Shown here: piece by piece, positions 63,376-64,000 of the stretch | Numbering within the stretch: position 1 is the first letter of the stretch | Layout: every line of letters begins with the position of its first letter | Source: Escherichia coli O127:H6 str. E2348/69 | GTDB lineage: Bacteria; Pseudomonadota; Gammaproteobacteria; Enterobacterales; Enterobacteriaceae | Strand: one strand, 5' to 3' | DNA: 64,000 bases | Assembly (NCBI RefSeq): GCF_000026545.1 | Contig: NC_011601.1 | Notes under the pieces: model-generated | Told to the model about the DNA's origin: nothing | The model's database searches: none | The model's input: only the letters and a program-made list of their open reading frames with translations | Translations under genes and position numbers: made by a program

Positions 63376-63540
63376 ATGCATACCCCGATCGGGGTAAAAC
63401 CTGTAGCAGGATCAAAAGAGTGGCGGGAAGCGTGGCAAAAACGGGCTTTTGCTCACATTTCAAATGGTTATAAACATATTTATATAGCGATTAATTCGCC
63501 AGAGATATTTCTGCTGGTTTGTTTTCTCATCAGAATTTAA
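63376..63540 (+). CDS. yojO: yojO, 54-codon hypothetical ORF (coding status doubtful)
   Basis: ATG 63376 gives MHTPIGVKPVAGSKEWREAWQKRAFAHISNGYKHIYIAINSPEIFLLVCFLIRI and ends at TAA 63538-63540. It corresponds to the K-12 annotation yojO. There is no convincing SD, and it lies entirely on the napF regulatory sites. Confidence 0.3.
   Translation: MHTPIGVKPVAGSKEWREAWQKRAFAHISNGYKHIYIAINSPEIFLLVCFLIRI
63381..63396 (-). promoter_or_regulatory. NarP/NarL 7-2-7 heptamer pair of the napF promoter (TACCCCG-AT-CGGGGTA)
   Basis: Perfect 7-2-7 inverted repeat of TACYYMT-like heptamers. Taking the published position -44.5, the transcription start falls near 63344. Confidence 0.85.
63402..63415 (-). 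promoter_or_regulatory. FNR site of the napF promoter (reverse strand TTGATcctgCTACA)
   Basis: One perfect TTGAT half-site and one weak half-site. Its centre is exactly 20 bp upstream of the NarP site centre, consistent with the published -64.5/-44.5 arrangement. Confidence 0.7.
63466..63489 (-). promoter_or_regulatory. ModE operator upstream of napF (reverse strand CGCTATATAaatatgTTTATAACC)
   Basis: TATATA-N6-TTTATA inverted-repeat type. Its centre is 89 bp upstream of the NarP site centre, i.e. -133.5 if NarP is at -44.5, matching the position I recall from the literature. Confidence 0.7.
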
Positions 63541-63674
63541 CACTAAAAGAGCAGGTAAAATTATCTGAATGTTCTTTAAGTTATTCATAAAGCAAATTAA
63601 TAAATCTGATGAATATGTTAACCTTCAGCGACATCATCGGTGAAAACCTATAAATGAAGAAGGAAAGCAAAAAA

Positions 63675-64000
63675 ATGAAGACCATTCTACCTGCAGTATT
63701 GTTTGCCGCTTTCGCCACCACTTCCGCCTGGGCGGCAGAAAGCGTCCAGCCACTGGAAAAAATCGCACCTTATCCACAAGCTGAAAAAGGCATGAAGCGT
63801 CAGGTGATTCAGTTAACTCCGCAAGAAGATGAATCTACCCTGAAAGTAGAACTGTTAATCGGTCAGACGCTGGAAGTCGACTGCAATTTGCATCGTCTCG
63901 GCGGGAAGCTGGAAAGCAAAACGCTGGAAGGCTGGGGCTATGATTATTATGTCTTTGATAAAGTTAGCTCGCCGGTTTCCACGATGATGGCCTGCCCGGA
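63675..64000 (+). CDS. eco: Ecotin, periplasmic serine-protease inhibitor (N-terminal 108 codons; 3' end beyond window)
   Basis: ATG 63675 preceded by AGGAAAG. Gives [77 protein letters not shown]...STMMACP, open to the window end. Confidence 0.93.

Overview
This 64-kb window is ordinary Escherichia coli core chromosome. It is collinear gene-for-gene with the K-12 interval mglC...eco (about 48-50 min). I recognise 60 protein-coding genes (mglC and eco are cut by the window edges). I also find tRNA-Pro(GGG) proL, one heavily decayed autotransporter pseudogene (yejO), REP/BIME repeats and intrinsic terminators. Textbook operator sites can be read directly: CRP plus GalR/GalS operators at mglB and galS, a Fur box at cirA, Cra operators at fruB, and NarP/FNR/ModE sites at napF. 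Blocks in order: mglBAC-galS; folE-yeiB; yeiG; cirA; lysP; yeiE/yeiH; nfo. Then two paralogous nucleoside modules around yeiL (yeiI, nupX-rihB, and psuKGT). Then fruBKA; setB; yeiW/yeiP; yeiQ-yeiR-lpxT; mepS; rtn; yejABEF; yejG; rsuA-bcr; radD; rplY; yejK; yejL-yejM; proL; the yejO remnant; narP. The window ends with the 15-gene napFDAGHBC-ccmABCDEFGH array, yojO and eco. I see no IS element, prophage, CRISPR array, toxin-antitoxin pair or defence-island-like cluster, and no evidence for a new multi-gene system. The strain is not K-12 MG1655: as I recall that genome, yejO carries an IS5 and is far longer, and there are scattered substitutions here. The leads worth a second look are modest. (1) The functionally unassigned yeiI-nupX-rihB half of a duplicated nucleoside module, including the HTH-kinase fusion YeiI. 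(2) The divergent pair yeiW (Cys-rich UPF0153) and yeiP (EF-P paralogue). (3) The decay pattern of yejO next to proL. (4) Several unexplained repeats and palindromes in intergenic regions: the psuK promoter, fruB-setB, psuK-fruA, yeiH-nfo and lpxT-mepS. All are hypotheses from reading the sequence. No searches or computations were run beyond manual translation and counting.
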